A stretch of 64,000 bases of DNA from an uncultured Bacillota bacterium (lineage in GTDB: Bacteria > Sysuimicrobiota > Sysuimicrobiia > Sysuimicrobiales > Segetimicrobiaceae), in assembly GCA_963804645.1 (NCBI GenBank), contig CAWDRG010000017.1, forward strand, positions 416,001 to 480,000, written 5' to 3'. The position numbers and the translations under genes are program-made. Positions 61,426 to 64,000 of the stretch are shown here, piece by piece (positions within the stretch are counted from its first letter, which is position 1; each line of letters opens with the position of its first letter). The notes beneath the pieces were generated by a model. That model was not told the DNA's origin and searched no databases. It worked only from the letters and a program-made list of their open reading frames with translations.

Positions 61426-62557
61426 CTACGTTGACCTCTGGCGGGGGTCCAGTGCGTCTCGGACCCCGTCGCCCAGGAAGATTGAAGGCCAGCACTGCGA
61501 GTACGATCATCCCCCCCGGTATCAGCAGCCACGGAAACTGTGTCAGCGCCTCGATGCTCTGCGCCTGCGCGAGCAGCAGTCCCCAACTGGTGCTGGGTTC
61601 CTGCACGCCGAGCCCGAGGAACGACAGGCCGCTCTCTCCCAGAATCACCCCGGGAATCGTCAGCGAGGCGGCTACGATCACATACGACATGGTAGTGGGC
61701 AACACATGCCGCACGATCACACTGAGGTCTCTGGCCCCGACGGCCCTGGCGGCGAGCACGAACTCCACCTCCCTGACCCCGAGCACGATCCCCCGGATGA
61801 CCCTCGCCAGCCCGCCCCACCCGATCAGGCTGAACACCGCCGAAATCATGAACAGCCTTGCCCCGCTTGACAGCGTGGGCGGCAGCACCGAGGCGAGCGT
61901 GAGGAGCAGGTAGAACGACGGAAATGCGGCGAGTACCTCGACGCTCCGCATGATGACATTGTCGGTCCACCCGCCGTAGTACCCGGCGACCCCCCCGAGC
62001 AGCATGCCGATCGGGATGGTGATCACCACCACGATCACCCCGATCAGCAGTGAGATCACGCTGCCGTACAGCGTGCGGGACAGCAGGTCGCGCCCGAATT
62101 GGTCGGTCCCGAGCAGAAACAAGCGCGCGGGCGAATCCACCCCGAGGAGATGTACGTCGCTCGGGATCAACCAGAGCAGCCGGTACGGAGCACCCCGCAC
62201 GAAGAAGCGGATGTCGTACGTCCGGCTCGTGTCCATGGCGTACTGCGGGACGGACAGGTCAACGACCTTGTAGGCGTAGACGAACGGCCGCAGATGGAAG
62301 CGGCCGTGAGCGTCGAAGAAGTGCACCCCAACCGGCTGCGCGTAGAACAGCGTGCGGTCGGAGTAGTCGAGCGCGTACGGCGCCAGGAACGGTGCGAGCA
62401 GCATCGCCGCGTAGAGACACACGAGCACGACGCCGCCCGCGACCGCGAGCCGGTAGCGCAGCAGCTGACGCCAGGCCAGCTGCAACGGGGTCCGCGCCGG
62501 GAGCGCCTCGCGGTCCCGCGCCGCCGCGCGCTGCGGGACCGCCGCGTCGTGGCTCAC
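61426..62557 (-). CDS. Peptide ABC permease (OppC/AppC), frameshift at ~61481
   Basis: LLGTDQFGRD, ARAVGA, LSFLGLG; removing one base restores AFNFLGDGVRDALDPRQRST*. Confidence 0.88.
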
Positions 62558-62578
62558 CGTCCCACCGCGCCCGCGCCG

Positions 62579-63553
62579 TTAGTCATAGCGGATCCTCGGA
62601 TCAACCGCGGCCAACATGATGTCGGCGGCCAGGTTGCCCAAGACCAACAGCACGCTGCCCATGAGCAGGCTCCCCATCACGAGAAACACGTCTTTCTGCA
62701 GCACCGCCTGGAGGACGAGACGCCCGAGGCCGGGATACCCGAGGACGTTCTCCACGAGCGCCGCGCCGGAGAGCAGCCCGCCGAGCTCGAATCCGAACAG
62801 CGTCACGAGCGGGTTGATCGCGTTCCGGAAGGCGTGCCGGAGGATCACCCGGCGCTCCGAGAGCCCTTTGGCGCGCGCCGTCCGCATGTAGTCGCTGCGC
62901 AGCACGTCGAGCATGTTCGTGCGCATGTACCGCATCAGCCCGCCGACTGAGAACACGCCGAGCGCGATCGTCGGCAGCACCAGGTGCTGCGCCTCGTCGA
63001 GGATCTTGCCCCACCACGGAAGTGAGTCGAAGTTCGCGCTCTGGAGGCCCTGGAGCGGCAGCGCGTGCGTCCAGAACGCGGCGTAGAGGAGCAGCAGCGC
63101 GCTGAAAAAGCTCGGGACCGAGATTGCCACGAACGCAGATATGTTGAGCGCCCCGTCGGTCACCGAGTACTGATGCACGGCCGAGTACATGCCGACCGGG
63201 ATCGCGATCCCCCACGCGGCCACAAGGGACGTCACTGAGAGCAGGAGCGTGTTGAGCGCCCGGCTGCCGATCAGGTACGTGACCGGCACATTGTACGCGA
63301 AGGAGTAGCCGAAGTTGAGGTGCAAAATGCTCCAGAGCCAGTGCAGGTACTGCACGAGCGGCGGCTTATCCATCCCGAATTCGGCGCGCAGCGCCGCGAT
63401 GCGCGCCGGGGTAATCTGCGGGTACTGCAGCACGAGCGACTGGAAGTAGTCGCTCGTGCCGGGCACGAGCTGGATCACCGCCCAGCTCACGAACGTGATG
63501 CCCAGCAGCAGCGGCCCCAACAGGAGCAGCCGGCGGACGATGTACCGGATCAT
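62579..63553 (-). CDS. Peptide ABC permease (OppB/AppB)
   Basis: YIVRRL, DYMRTARAKGL, HAFRNA, DPRIR. Confidence 0.93.
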   Translation of the reverse strand: MIRYIVRRLLLLGPLLLGITFVSWAVIQLVPGTSDYFQSLVLQYPQITPARIAALRAEFGMDKPPLVQYLHWLWSILHLNFGYSFAYNVPVTYLIGSRALNTLLLSVTSLVAAWGIAIPVGMYSAVHQYSVTDGALNISAFVAISVPSFFSALLLLYAAFWTHALPLQGLQSANFDSLPWWGKILDEAQHLVLPTIALGVFSVGGLMRYMRTNMLDVLRSDYMRTARAKGLSERRVILRHAFRNAINPLVTLFGFELGGLLSGAALVENVLGYPGLGRLVLQAVLQKDVFLVMGSLLMGSVLLVLGNLAADIMLAAVDPRIRYD

Positions 63554-63578
63554 CGGGTGAACGCGGTGCGGCGCACCG

Positions 63579-64000
63579 CTAGTGCTTGATGTAGATGGCC
63601 GGGAAGTTCCAGAACGCGCCGCCGAACGCCGTGAACTCGATGTTGCCGAACTGATTGCGGACCGCCACGTAGGCGTACGGGACCGCCGTGTAGATCAACG
63701 GCACCTGCTCCGCGGCGATCTCCTGCCACTGGTTGTAATAGTCGCGGCGCCGGTTCTGGTCGACGGTCGTCGCGGCCAGGTTGTAGTAGCGGTCGATCTG
63801 AGCCTCCCAGTCGGTCGCAGGCTTGGGCTCCTGCGGGTACCACATGTGCAGGTTCCCCGTGGAGAGCCAGACGTTCTGCCCGTCCGCCGGCTCGATCCCG
63901 CCGGTCAGCCCGAGGACGACCGCGTCCCACTTAAAGGAGCTCTCCAGCTTGGCCACCAGCGTGTTGAACGCCTCCGGGGCAAACGTCACCTGCATCCCGA
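63579..64000 (-). CDS. Peptide ABC substrate-binding protein, C-terminal part (5' end outside the window)
   Basis: LGLTGGIEP, HMWYP, WEAQID, WQEIAAEQVPLIY family 5 C-terminus. Confidence 0.85.
   Translation of the reverse strand, partial: GMQVTFAPEAFNTLVAKLESSFKWDAVVLGLTGGIEPADGQNVWLSTGNLHMWYPQEPKPATDWEAQIDRYYNLAATTVDQNRRRDYYNQWQEIAAEQVPLIYTAVPYAYVAVRNQFGNIEFTAFGGAFWNFPAIYIKH

Noticed and set aside
61133..62557. OppC fused to a membrane-anchored domain
   Set aside because: Explained by a single extra base at ~61481; repair restores the canonical GDGVRDALDP end and stop.
1..64000. CRISPR arrays, IS elements, prophage, inteins in dnaE, known riboswitches
   Set aside because: No regularly spaced repeats, transposase/integrase motifs, intein insertions or recognisable riboswitch cores were seen by eye.

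Overview
High-GC (~70%) bacterial chromosomal window. The gene content and promoter types are Terrabacteria-like; an Armatimonadota/Sysuimicrobiota-type lineage is my inference, not proven. The core genes are ftsH, folE/folP, uvrC/uvrA/uvrB, coaE, polA, adk, dnaE and gatCAB, plus four tRNAs (Gly-GCC, Cys-GCA, Leu-TAA, Leu-CAA). Interspersed are a SorC-regulated SAF-domain oxidoreductase operon (left edge), a PAS-PAS-GAF-HD-GYP-GAF-GGDEF gene that splits the conserved Gly-Cys-Leu tRNA cluster, a TIM-barrel + PotABCD-like ABC operon and a large Opp/Dpp cluster (right edge). The best candidate for an undescribed system is a ~9.7 kb co-oriented cluster (34595-44276). It encodes a C-N hydrolase, an SsuA/TauABC-type ABC importer, a stand-alone dipicolinate synthase A (DpaA/SpoVFA) homologue with no DpaB, a NadB/SdhA-like flavoprotein with an altered active site and no Fe-S partner, and two ectoine-hydrolase(DoeA)-like M24 enzymes lacking the metal ligands. 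This is probably an uncharacterised N-heterocycle/amidine catabolic pathway. No CRISPR, integrase or transposase is visible. Caveat: at least six, and possibly nine, single-base indels break genes including gatA and uvrA, so the sequence probably carries long-read assembly errors.
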